Below, piece by piece: positions 55,733-64,000 of a stretch of DNA of 64,000 nt; position 1 is the stretch's first letter; every line of letters begins with the position of its first letter. This DNA is from Candidatus Omnitrophota bacterium (GTDB lineage: Bacteria > Omnitrophota > Gorgyraeia > Gygaellales > Profunditerraquicolaceae): positions 334,501-398,500 of the forward strand of contig QZKH01000002.1 of assembly GCA_003598025.1 (NCBI GenBank). The letters are read 5' to 3'. The notes beneath the pieces are model-generated. The model saw only the letters and a program-made list of their open reading frames with translations. It did not search any database and had not been told where the DNA came from. The translations under genes and the position numbers were made by a program.

Positions 55733-57445
55733 ATGAGAATAAAATTTCTGAATATATTTATAATCTTAACATTCCTGACGCTGTTATTTGGGGTTATGAA
55801 CCTGCAAATATTGCATGGCAGAAGATATTTAAGGTTAAGCGATAAAAACTGCATACGTCTTTTGCCTCAAGGAGGAGCACGCGGGGATATACTTGACCGT
55901 AAAGGCAAACTTATAGTAGGCAGCAGGATATCTTATGATGTAATGGTTGTTTCTAAGGATGCTGTTAATTTTGATGCTACCCTTCTTAAGGTCGCTTCCA
56001 TAACCGGCATAAAGACTTCAGATTTAATCAGGACTTTTAAGTCAAATTTCGTATCTTCATTTTCACCTACTCTTTTAGCAGGCAATATTGGCGTAGAAAA
56101 AGCAATAGCGCTGGGTGAGCTAAAAAACTCTTTTCCCGAATTATTGGTTTATCCCAATCCTGTCAGGTATTACCCTAATGGAAACCTAGCCTCTCATGTC
56201 ACAGGCTACTTAAGCGAAATCGATCGGTGGCGCCTAACCAAGCTGGAAGATTATGGTTATAATACCAAAGACATAGTTGGTTTTGGCGGAGTTGAAGAAC
56301 GCTATGATTATTATTTGCGCCAGGAGGAGGGAGGCATCTCGTTTGAAGTGGACCATAAAGGTAAATTTATGCGAATGCTTGGGTTTAAATCCCCGCGGAA
56401 TGGCAGGAATGTACAGTTGACGATAGACTCGGAAATACAAAAAATCGTAGAAGACAAGTTAGGCAATCGCAAAGGATGCGTAATAATTATGGATCCCTAT
56501 AGCGGAGAGATTGTAGCTATGTCAAGCAGCCCGAATTTTAATCCTTCATATTTTATCAAAAAAGAAAACTCATACCTCAGGAATGTTTTTAATGATTCTG
56601 ACGCCCCCATGATAAACAGGGCAATAAGCGGCCAATACCCGGCTGCGTCTATTTTCAAAATTATCGTAGCTGCTGTAGCGCTTGAGACCAGCAAAATAAA
56701 TTCTGGCACATCGTTTGTGTGCACCGGTAAGACAAGAATCGGCAACAGAGAATTCAAATGCTGGAATACCCACGGTAATCAAGATGTTATATCGGGTTTG
56801 GCTAATTCATGTGATGTATTTTTTTATCGTACCGGACTTTTGACTGGAGCACAGGCCATACATGATTATGCCGTAAAATTAGGCCTGTCAAAACCGACAG
56901 GCATAGACCTTCCTTACGAAGAAGCAGGATTCGTTCCTGACCCTATTTGGAAAAAAATTTCACAACTCAAGAGCTGGTTTGACGGAGATACGGCGAATCT
57001 TGCGATCGGCCAGGGAGATTTAATGACCACTCCTATTCAGATGACAAAGGTCATGTGTTTTTTTGCTAACAAAGGTTACCTGGTAAATCCTTATGTTGTG
57101 AAATCCGTTGACGGTATTGATATCTCTGCCACGCACAAAAAAAATATAAAGATACAACTGAAGAAAAGCACGATGGATATCATAAACAAAGGCTTAAGAG
57201 AAGTGGTAACTCTCCCCAGCGGTACGGGAAATGTCCTGGATTCTCTTACCTTGCCTGTGTCTGGTAAAACCGGTACGGCACAGGTATCAGGCAAGCAGCC
57301 TCATGGTTGGTTTGTCGGATATTTTCCTTCCAATAAACCCAGGCTTGTGATCTGTGTATTCTTGGAAAACGGCAGCGCAGGATATTATTCCTGTTTGGTG
57401 GCAAAGCAGATTATTCAGGAGATGAGCGAGAAGGGGCTTATTTAA
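55733..57445 (+). CDS. mrdA: Peptidoglycan D,D-transpeptidase MrdA (class B PBP2)
   Basis: SxxK motif 'ASIFKIIVA', SxD motif 'SCD' and KTG motif 'KTGTAQV'. Located in the mre cluster. Confidence 0.88.
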   Translation: MRIKFLNIFIILTFLTLLFGVMNLQILHGRRYLRLSDKNCIRLLPQGGARGDILDRKGKLIVGSRISYDVMVVSKDAVNFDATLLKVASITGIKTSDLIRTFKSNFVSSFSPTLLAGNIGVEKAIALGELKNSFPELLVYPNPVRYYPNGNLASHVTGYLSEIDRWRLTKLEDYGYNTKDIVGFGGVEERYDYYLRQEEGGISFEVDHKGKFMRMLGFKSPRNGRNVQLTIDSEIQKIVEDKLGNRKGCVIIMDPYSGEIVAMSSSPNFNPSYFIKKENSYLRNVFNDSDAPMINRAISGQYPAASIFKIIVAAVALETSKINSGTSFVCTGKTRIGNREFKCWNTHGNQDVISGLANSCDVFFYRTGLLTGAQAIHDYAVKLGLSKPTGIDLPYEEAGFVPDPIWKKISQLKSWFDGDTANLAIGQGDLMTTPIQMTKVMCFFANKGYLVNPYVVKSVDGIDISATHKKNIKIQLKKSTMDIINKGLREVVTLPSGTGNVLDSLTLPVSGKTGTAQVSGKQPHGWFVGYFPSNKPRLVICVFLENGSAGYYSCLVAKQIIQEMSEKGLI

Positions 57446-57450
57446 CTCAT

Positions 57451-58554
57451 ATGAGAAATTCGGGGTTATTAATACTTATAGTTGCGTTGATGATTTCTCT
57501 GATAGGAGTTTCTGCAATATATAGCAGTACTTATAATAAGGAAGCTAAGCCCTGGGAAGATGTTGCCAAAAGACAGATACTTTGGATAGGCATAGGGATG
57601 TTGGCTTGTGTGTTTGTATCAAACTTCAATTATAGAAAATTATGGGACGTGACATATTTTATGTATTTTTTCTCTTTGGGATTATTGATATTTGCTGCGT
57701 TATCCGGCATAACGCGTTTAGGGGCGCAGAGATGGATAAGTTTTGGCTGGTTTAATTTTCAGCCGTCAGAATTCGCAAAATTTGTTTCAATCCTGTTTCT
57801 TGCCAGGTATTTCAGTATGCAATCCGTAGATGATGTAAGATCAGTAGCCAGGCAATTCGGGGTATTAAAAGGCTTGATTATACCTTTTATCTATATAGCT
57901 ATTCCTATGTTGATTATTATGGATCAACCCGACCTTGGGAGTGCTCTCATGATTTTCTTTATCTTCATTTTAATCGTGTTTATATCTGGAGTAAAGATGA
58001 GGTATATAAGTATACTTGTTTTAACCGTGCTATGCTTGCTGCCGGTTGGTTGGCATTTTTTGAGAGATTATCAAAGGGACAGGTTGATGGTATTTATTAA
58101 CCCGAATATTGACCCCCTTGGGGCAGGCTATACTATAATACAGTCAAAGATTGCTATCGGCTCAGGCGCTTTGTTCGGTAAGGGATGGCTTTCGGGGACG
58201 CAGAGCCAGTTACACTTTTTACCGGAATCCCATACTGACTTCATATTTGCTACCTTTGCAGAAGAATGGGGATTTTTAGGAGCATTAATTTTATTCATGC
58301 TTTATTTCCTGCTGATAAAAGAAGGGATAAACATAGGGCTAAGGACAAGGGATTATTTCGGCAAGCTGTTGGCTTTCGGGATATCTTCAATAATTGCTAT
58401 TCAGATTTTTATCAATGTCGCCATGACACTGGGCTTAGCACCCGTAGTCGGGCTGCCTCTGCCGTTGATGAGCTATGGAGGGTCTTCTGTTCTGATAACT
58501 TTTATTTTACTTGGCATACTGATTAATATTGATAAGACAAGGACTGTATTCTAA
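57451..58554 (+). CDS. rodA: Peptidoglycan glycosyltransferase RodA (SEDS family)
   Basis: SEDS family 'QPSEFAK', 'TDFIFATFAEEWG' and 'VGLPLPLMSYGGSS'. Follows mrdA. Confidence 0.88.
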   Translation: MRNSGLLILIVALMISLIGVSAIYSSTYNKEAKPWEDVAKRQILWIGIGMLACVFVSNFNYRKLWDVTYFMYFFSLGLLIFAALSGITRLGAQRWISFGWFNFQPSEFAKFVSILFLARYFSMQSVDDVRSVARQFGVLKGLIIPFIYIAIPMLIIMDQPDLGSALMIFFIFILIVFISGVKMRYISILVLTVLCLLPVGWHFLRDYQRDRLMVFINPNIDPLGAGYTIIQSKIAIGSGALFGKGWLSGTQSQLHFLPESHTDFIFATFAEEWGFLGALILFMLYFLLIKEGINIGLRTRDYFGKLLAFGISSIIAIQIFINVAMTLGLAPVVGLPLPLMSYGGSSVLITFILLGILINIDKTRTVF

Positions 58555-58557
58555 GAA

Positions 58558-60321
58558 ATGAATGAAGAAATACTTCTAAAAATACAAAAACCGGGCCAGT
58601 ACATAGGCAGAGAATGGAACATCCCAAAGAAGGATTTTCTAAGAAGCGGCATAAAAGTCGCTCTATGTTTTCCCGATTTATATGAGATTGGAATGAGTAA
58701 TTTAGGCATTCGTATACTTTACTCATTATTGAATTCGCTTGATGATGTGTCCTGCGAAAGGTTTTTTTCACCTGGGCTTGACCTTGAGCATTTCATGAGG
58801 CAGGAGGGCTTGGAATTAGTTTCTCTTGAGAGTGCAAGCAGAATGAAAGAGTTTGACATAGTAGGTTTTTCTTTATCGAATGAGCTTGGCTATACAAATG
58901 TATTGAATATGCTTGAACTTTCAGGGCTTCCTCTTCTATCCAGCCTTAGGGACAGCGGCATGCCTTTGGTTATTGCAGGCGGCCCGTGTGTAATGAACCC
59001 TGAGCCTATGCATGAATTTTTTGATCTCTTTGTTATTGGGGAGGCTGAAGAGGCTATCCGGGATATAATCAATGTTTACCGGGATTATAAAAAGGGCAGC
59101 AGAAATCAAATAAACAGCAAAAGAGATCTGCTTGTGCAGCTTTCAGCAATAGAAGGCGTGTATGTCCCGTCTCTCTACGATGTAGAATATGATCATGATG
59201 GCAGAGTATCTAGTTTCAAACCTAATAGTCCCGGTGTGCCTGTAAGGATAGCCAAGAGATTTGTTAAGGATCTAAATAGCGCATACTATCCTTTAGATTG
59301 GCTTGTTCCTTACGTGCAGATAGTCCATGACAGGATAAATATTGAGATTATGAGGGGCTGCCCGAATAAATGCAGGTTCTGCCAGGCCAGCAGCCAGTAT
59401 TCTCCGTTGAGATTCAGGAAGATAGACAACGTTATTGAATTTGCTGATAAGCTATATAAGGCGACTGGTTACGAAGAGATATCTCTTACCGGCCTGTCAG
59501 TAAGCGATTATCCCCAGGTAGAACATCTTTTTGATAAGCTTACTTCCTTTTTTAAAGACAAGGGTGTGGGTTTATCAATGCCTTCAATAAAACCCCGCGA
59601 CGTCTCCGGCAACTTAGCCTCGACCATCTCTACTATAAAAAAATCCGGGCTGACCTTTGCCCCTGAGGCCGGAAGCCAGAAGCTAAGGGATGCCATGGAT
59701 AAGAGATTTGACACTAAGGAATTTTTTAATACTCTTCAGGCAGCTTACCAAAACGGTTATAATCATGTAAAATTGTATTTTATGATCGGATTACCTGGAG
59801 AGGACTATAATGATTTAGATAGTATAGTAGACATGGCTAATGAAGTTTCTTTTTTACGCAAAAAGAATAACTTGCCTGCTGCCCAGGTAAATATAAGTAT
59901 CAATAACCTTATACCAAAACCGCATACATCTTTTCAGTGGCTAAAAATGGAGTCGCAGGATGCGATATCGCAGAAGCAGGAGTATCTTAGGAAAAAATCT
60001 AAAAATAAAAAAATAAAAATAAATTTTCATGATAAGCATATGAGTTTGATTGAAGCGGTTTTTTCACGCGGAGATAGGAGGCTCTCTCAAGTGATTAATA
60101 AGGCTTTTTCCCTGGGGGCCCGCTTTGATGCCTGGAAAAGCAATTTTTCTTTTGAAATATGGATGCGGGCATTTGCAGAATCTAACATAGACCCTCAAAT
60201 CTATGTAAGGCAGAGGGATGTTGATGAGATTCTTCCCTGGGATTTTCTGGATATAGGTGCAGGCAAAGAATCGCTAAAAGCAGAGCTGACTAAATGCCTT
60301 GAGACTGTTCAACAGGGATAG
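58558..60321 (+). CDS. Radical SAM protein with an N-terminal B12-binding-like domain (TIGR03960-like family, function unknown)
   Basis: 'KPGQYIGREWN', 'CFPDLYEIGMSNLG', and the radical SAM cysteine motif 'MRGCPNKCRFCQAS'. The start lies only 3 nt after the rodA stop. Confidence 0.75.
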   Translation: MNEEILLKIQKPGQYIGREWNIPKKDFLRSGIKVALCFPDLYEIGMSNLGIRILYSLLNSLDDVSCERFFSPGLDLEHFMRQEGLELVSLESASRMKEFDIVGFSLSNELGYTNVLNMLELSGLPLLSSLRDSGMPLVIAGGPCVMNPEPMHEFFDLFVIGEAEEAIRDIINVYRDYKKGSRNQINSKRDLLVQLSAIEGVYVPSLYDVEYDHDGRVSSFKPNSPGVPVRIAKRFVKDLNSAYYPLDWLVPYVQIVHDRINIEIMRGCPNKCRFCQASSQYSPLRFRKIDNVIEFADKLYKATGYEEISLTGLSVSDYPQVEHLFDKLTSFFKDKGVGLSMPSIKPRDVSGNLASTISTIKKSGLTFAPEAGSQKLRDAMDKRFDTKEFFNTLQAAYQNGYNHVKLYFMIGLPGEDYNDLDSIVDMANEVSFLRKKNNLPAAQVNISINNLIPKPHTSFQWLKMESQDAISQKQEYLRKKSKNKKIKINFHDKHMSLIEAVFSRGDRRLSQVINKAFSLGARFDAWKSNFSFEIWMRAFAESNIDPQIYVRQRDVDEILPWDFLDIGAGKESLKAELTKCLETVQQG

Positions 60322-60425
60322 GGGCTATAAGAAATAGATAGGCTGGTTTATGGTTGATGGTTCAAAGTTGATGGAGCTTGCATAAATTCTATTAACTATG
60401 AACTACGAACTATGAACATTGAGCC

Positions 60426-60447
60426 ACGCTTGCCGAGAGGCAAGCGT
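60426..60447 (+). other. Stable RNA hairpin (9-bp stem, GNRA-type GAGA loop) without a U-tract
   Basis: 'ACGCTTGCC-GAGA-GGCAAGCGT'. It lies downstream of the rSAM gene and upstream of the GGDEF-gene promoter. Confidence 0.4.
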
Positions 60448-60458
60448 TAACAAAACTA

Positions 60459-60487
60459 TTGCTACATATCAGGTTATAGTATATAAT
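60459..60487 (+). promoter_or_regulatory. Sigma70-type promoter (TTGCTA-17-TATAAT)
   Basis: TTGCTA at 60459-60464 and TATAAT at 60482-60487. An RBS 'CAGGGGGA' sits before the ATG at 60535. Confidence 0.5.
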
Positions 60488-60534
60488 TATTTTGAATATT
60501 ATAATATAAGCAGTAAAAACAGGGGGATAATATA

Positions 60535-61956
60535 ATGGGTAAGAATAATGGTTTTAATTATTCACGCGGCCTTAAATATAAATTAAGGATAGCCGTAAGC
60601 CTGATGTCTGTTTTGCCCTTATTAGTCTGTCTTTATCTGGTATCAAATTATGTATTGCCCCAGGCCGGAATCAAAATGGATGTTGCTTTTTCGGTGATAA
60701 TAAGTATTTTTATCTCCGTTATAGGGTTTATTGTTATAAAGGAGATATTTGACAGGGTACTTATGGTCAGCAACGATGCCAAACTTATTGCGGCAGGGGA
60801 TATCACGCGAAGAATTAGCCTGGAAAAAGAAGATGAGGTTGGAGAACTGGGGGAAGCCTTAAATCAGCTTACCCAGAGGATCCGCCTGAACATGGATGAG
60901 TTGAAGAACTATGGAGAGAAAACCACTGAAATCAATCTTGAGATACAGAGACGAGTGCTTGTGCTGTCAAGCCTTCTTCAGATAAGCTCTTTAATATCAC
61001 AGGGTGCAAAGTTGGAGGATATATTAAAGGTCGTTGTTGAAAAATCGCGGCTTTTAGCTAATTCAGAAGTGGCATTTCTGTTGTATAGGGAAGATAAAGA
61101 AGACAGTTTCTCTATGAAAATTGTCGATGGCGCTAACTCGCAGCGTTTAATGGGTATACAGATTGGAGAATCCGGCGTATTCAATAAATCTATTAAATCC
61201 AATAAACCATTAATAATTGATAAACATAATATCCTGCCTGCCCACCTTATAGAAGAATTTGACGGTAAATTCGGACTGAGGAATGCGTTGGCCTTGCCGA
61301 TATATTTAAGAGGCAGGGTAACGGGCATACTGGCGATAGGCAATAACAAGGAAGATTTTCTTTATAATAAAGATGACATGGAATTACTTGATATCTTTGC
61401 AAAACAGACAGCGATAGCTGTAGAAAACGATATCCTTGTTCACAGGGTAGAGAAGCTTGAAATAAAAGATGCTCTTACCGGTTTGTATAACGAAAGCTAT
61501 ATACGTAACCGCCTCCAGGAAGAGATAAAAAGGGCGATTGTGTATCAGAGGCCTTGTTCGTTTGTCCTTATGGATGTAGATAACTTTAAGAATTTCCATG
61601 ATAATTTCGGGCTCTTGCAGGCAGAATCCGCATTAAAGAAAATAGCCAATCTGATCAAGGATTCAGCGTCCGAAGTAGACAGGGTGGCAAGGTTCGGAGA
61701 TAATTGCTTTGCGATGGTCTTGCCTGAAAAGAATAAAAGACAGTCTCAGGATATAGCCGAAGACATACGCAGGAAGATTGAGTTCAGCTTCGGAGAAGAT
61801 AGCGACGTAAATAAAAGACTCACGGTAAGCGGGGGAGTAAGCGAGAACCCTCTGGATGGTATAGAGACCGGAGAGCTGATCTCCAAGGCAAAAGATTATT
61901 TAGAATTAGCAAAAAAGAAAGGCAAGAACCGGATCTTAGCTACCGACAAGAATTAA
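60535..61956 (+). CDS. Membrane-anchored HAMP-GAF-GGDEF-domain protein with a degenerate active-site motif (probably inactive diguanylate cyclase)
   Basis: TM helices 'LRIAVSLMSVLPLLVCLYLV' and 'AFSVIISIFISVIGFIVI', then a HAMP helix pair and a GAF domain ('LALPIYLRGRVTGILAIGN'). The GGDEF fold begins 'DALTGLYN', but its signature is 'RFGDNCF' instead of R[YF]GG[DE]EF. Confidence 0.75.
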   Translation: MGKNNGFNYSRGLKYKLRIAVSLMSVLPLLVCLYLVSNYVLPQAGIKMDVAFSVIISIFISVIGFIVIKEIFDRVLMVSNDAKLIAAGDITRRISLEKEDEVGELGEALNQLTQRIRLNMDELKNYGEKTTEINLEIQRRVLVLSSLLQISSLISQGAKLEDILKVVVEKSRLLANSEVAFLLYREDKEDSFSMKIVDGANSQRLMGIQIGESGVFNKSIKSNKPLIIDKHNILPAHLIEEFDGKFGLRNALALPIYLRGRVTGILAIGNNKEDFLYNKDDMELLDIFAKQTAIAVENDILVHRVEKLEIKDALTGLYNESYIRNRLQEEIKRAIVYQRPCSFVLMDVDNFKNFHDNFGLLQAESALKKIANLIKDSASEVDRVARFGDNCFAMVLPEKNKRQSQDIAEDIRRKIEFSFGEDSDVNKRLTVSGGVSENPLDGIETGELISKAKDYLELAKKKGKNRILATDKN

Positions 61957-61957
61957 T

Positions 61958-62407
61958 ATGGCAATAAAACGAATAATCAATAAACATTTAGGCGAGTTAT
62001 TACTGGAAAGAAACATTATCAACCAGAACCAGCTTGACAGGGCACTGGCTTACCAAAAAGAAAAAGGTGGTTTAATAGGCGAGATTCTTGTTGAGATGGG
62101 CTATGCTAAAGAAGAAGATATCGCACAGGCCCTCACAGCGCAGTACGGTTTCCCTTATTTACCGCTGAGTAATTATGAGATCAGCCTTGAGGTAGCAGAA
62201 ATCATCCCCGGCAGGGTTGCAAGGCAGTATTTATTGATCCCTATAGATAAAATAGGCAATAACCTCACATTGGCTATGTCAAATCCCTTAAACGTCCAGG
62301 CTATTGAGGACGTAGAGTTATTAACTGGATGCAATATCCAGACTTTTGTTTCGACATCTACGGATATAAAGAACGCAATTGAGAAGCACTATAAAGACAA
62401 AGAATAA
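61958..62407 (+). CDS. Stand-alone T2SSE_N / MshEN-like domain protein (putative c-di-GMP-binding module)
   Basis: Two 24-residue MshEN-type motifs: 'HLGELLLERNIINQNQLDRALAYQ' and 'GEILVEMGYAKEEDIAQALTAQ'. No ATPase domain in the 149 aa. Confidence 0.7.
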   Translation: MAIKRIINKHLGELLLERNIINQNQLDRALAYQKEKGGLIGEILVEMGYAKEEDIAQALTAQYGFPYLPLSNYEISLEVAEIIPGRVARQYLLIPIDKIGNNLTLAMSNPLNVQAIEDVELLTGCNIQTFVSTSTDIKNAIEKHYKDKE

Positions 62408-62518
62408 TTCCATTAACCTTGATTCACTTTAGGGCGCAAAGGGTAAAAGCGGAGCATGAAACCAATTATAGCTTAGTTTTTACTGGCAAGTTCGACTTTG
62501 CGCTTTCTTTTTTAAAAG

Positions 62519-64000
62519 ATGATATCGCTTAAAGAAAGACTTACCGAAATCCTTATAAACAATAAATTACTGACTCCCGAACAACTGGACCAGGCATTAG
62601 AGCTCCAGAAAACAAAGGGGGGTAAACTTAGCGATATTATAGTAGAACTCCATTTTATAAAAGAAAGCGATCTCATTTCGGCTCTCAGTGAAGGCTTGGG
62701 GTTCCCTCTTATAGACCTTAAAAGATTCAGGATCGATCCGGCAATAGCAAAGATCATTCCAGCCAGTATAGCAAAGCATTATCAAATAATACCTGTATCC
62801 AAAATGGGCGACACAATAACATTGGCTATGGCAGACCCGCTTAATATTTTTGCCATAGACCATGTGGGCTCTTTGACAGGATACAAAATAAATCCAATAA
62901 TATCATCTTTGCAAGATATAAACCAGACAGTTGAGGCCGCCTTCCCGGATTCTACGGGAGGTGTAATCGATGATTTGGTCAAAGAAATGGCTGTTGCTCC
63001 GATAGAGCTGGTGAAGGAAGAGCAGCAGGTAATTTTGAGTGACCAGGAGCTGAATAAAATAAGCCGCCAGACCCCGGTCATAAAGATCACCTATATGATA
63101 TTAGAACAGGGGGTTAAGAAAAAAGCATCGGATATCCTTGTTGAGCCCTTGGATAAAAAGATGCGTATTCGTTTTAGAATAGACGGTATTTTGCAGGAAG
63201 AGCAGGCGCCTCCCCGAAGCATGCATGCTTCAATCATTTCACGTATAAAAGTTATGTCTGACCTGGATGTGGCTGAACACAGGCTTCCTCAAGACGGGCG
63301 ATTCAAAGTAAAAATGTTTGGCAGGGAAATCGATTTCAGGATTTCGATACTTCCATCCAGTTTTGGCGAAAAGGCAGCAATAAGAATATTAGATAAATCA
63401 CAGGCGACATTAGATATTGATAAACTTGGTTTTAATAAGGTGGTAGTTTATAAGGTCGGCAAGCTCGCCAGGCAGCCTCATGGTATGATCCTGGTAACAG
63501 GGCCTACCGGGTCCGGTAAGACTACGACTCTTTATTCCGTTCTTAAATTAGTAGACAGCCCTGAAAAGAATATCATTACCGTCGAAGACCCGGTTGAGTT
63601 TCAAATCGAGGGGATAAACCAGGTAACAATAAGGCCTGAAATTGGTTTGACATTTGCAGGAGCTCTTAGATCAATACTTAGGCAGGACCCGAACGTAATA
63701 ATGATCGGCGAAATCCGGGATTTTGAAACCGTTGATATTGCTATAAAGAGCGCTCTTACTGGGCATCTTGTGACTTCAACGCTGCATACAACTACTGCAA
63801 GCGGAGCGGTAGCGCGCCTTATTAATATGGGAGTAGAACCATATTTGATTAACTCTTCTTTAATCTGTGTAATTGCCCAGAGGCTTGTGCGCAAGATTTG
63901 CCCATATTGCAAGGAAGAACAGCATATAAGTGAAGATGTGCTTAAGACCCTGAAGATTAATTATACGGACCTGGTATCTCTGTATGAAAATTCACTTAAT
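62519..64000 (+). CDS. MshE/GspE/PilB-family type II secretion / type IV pilus assembly ATPase, 3'-truncated by the window end
   Basis: Not in the supplied ORF track. It is one open reading frame of 494 codons running to the window end. The N-terminus carries an MshEN motif 'RLTEILINNKLLTPEQLDQALELQ'. ATPase motifs are Walker A 'GPTGSGKTT' and 'IMIGEIRD', with the C-terminal Cys motif 'CPYCKEE'. Confidence 0.85.
   Translation, partial: MISLKERLTEILINNKLLTPEQLDQALELQKTKGGKLSDIIVELHFIKESDLISALSEGLGFPLIDLKRFRIDPAIAKIIPASIAKHYQIIPVSKMGDTITLAMADPLNIFAIDHVGSLTGYKINPIISSLQDINQTVEAAFPDSTGGVIDDLVKEMAVAPIELVKEEQQVILSDQELNKISRQTPVIKITYMILEQGVKKKASDILVEPLDKKMRIRFRIDGILQEEQAPPRSMHASIISRIKVMSDLDVAEHRLPQDGRFKVKMFGREIDFRISILPSSFGEKAAIRILDKSQATLDIDKLGFNKVVVYKVGKLARQPHGMILVTGPTGSGKTTTLYSVLKLVDSPEKNIITVEDPVEFQIEGINQVTIRPEIGLTFAGALRSILRQDPNVIMIGEIRDFETVDIAIKSALTGHLVTSTLHTTTASGAVARLINMGVEPYLINSSLICVIAQRLVRKICPYCKEEQHISEDVLKTLKINYTDLVSLYENSLN

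Noticed and set aside
62408-62518. Candidate terminator between the MshEN gene and the ATPase gene (GGGCGCAAAG ... CTTTGCGC followed by TTTCTTTTTT)
   Set aside because: The stem arms are separated by a loop of about 50 nt. That is atypical for an intrinsic terminator, so it is not reported as a feature. It may attenuate read-through, but that cannot be judged from sequence alone.

Overview
This 64-kb window of a low-GC (~40%) bacterial chromosome is densely packed with housekeeping genes, almost all on the + strand. Gene order and product calls come from reading the translated ORFs for family-specific motifs.

- **5' end (1-11200):** The 3' end of a UvrD-type helicase fused to a Cas4/AddB-like Fe-S PD-(D/E)xK nuclease, then a long GTTCAC/GTGAAC palindromic repeat and speH. 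These are followed by rpsO-pnp, ftsK, rodZ, rimO, pgsA and pgpA, with thpR and a CinA-C/PncC gene on the - strand.
- **Riboflavin operon (11225-16436):** An FMN riboswitch controls ribBA-ribH-nusB-PHP phosphatase-ribD-ribE. The aptamer is about 2.5 times normal length because a 20-nt hairpin repeat is inserted four times.
- **tRNA-Pro and accessory genes (16449-25860):** tRNA-Pro(CGG) is followed by three accessory-looking genes: a TylF-type methyltransferase, an acylphosphatase and a metallophosphoesterase. Next come ligA, a lipoprotein, an MBL hydrolase, xerD, cca, rbfA, nrnA and ribF.
- **dcw cluster (25921-43135):** mraZ (with AAAGTGG operator boxes)-rsmH-ftsL-ftsI-murE-murF-mraY-murD-ftsW-murG-[secreted HExxH peptidase_MA-like gene]-murC-murB-ddl-ftsQ-ftsA. 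No ftsZ follows ftsA.
- **43191-50963:** yggS-proC-mtnP-ileS-dksA-like-lspA-lgt-rluD.
- **Rod-shape cluster (51107-60321):** A coiled-coil membrane protein and aroA, then mreB-mreC-mreD-mrdA-rodA tightly coupled to a TIGR03960-like radical SAM gene.
- **3' end (60535-64000), the most system-like region:** A degenerate-GGDEF HAMP-GAF protein, then a stand-alone MshEN (c-di-GMP receptor type) protein. Last is an MshE/GspE-type ATPase whose ORF is absent from the supplied ORF track because it runs off the window.

No CRISPR array, rRNA gene or transposase was seen. Most minus-strand ORFs in the track are shadow ORFs of + strand genes.
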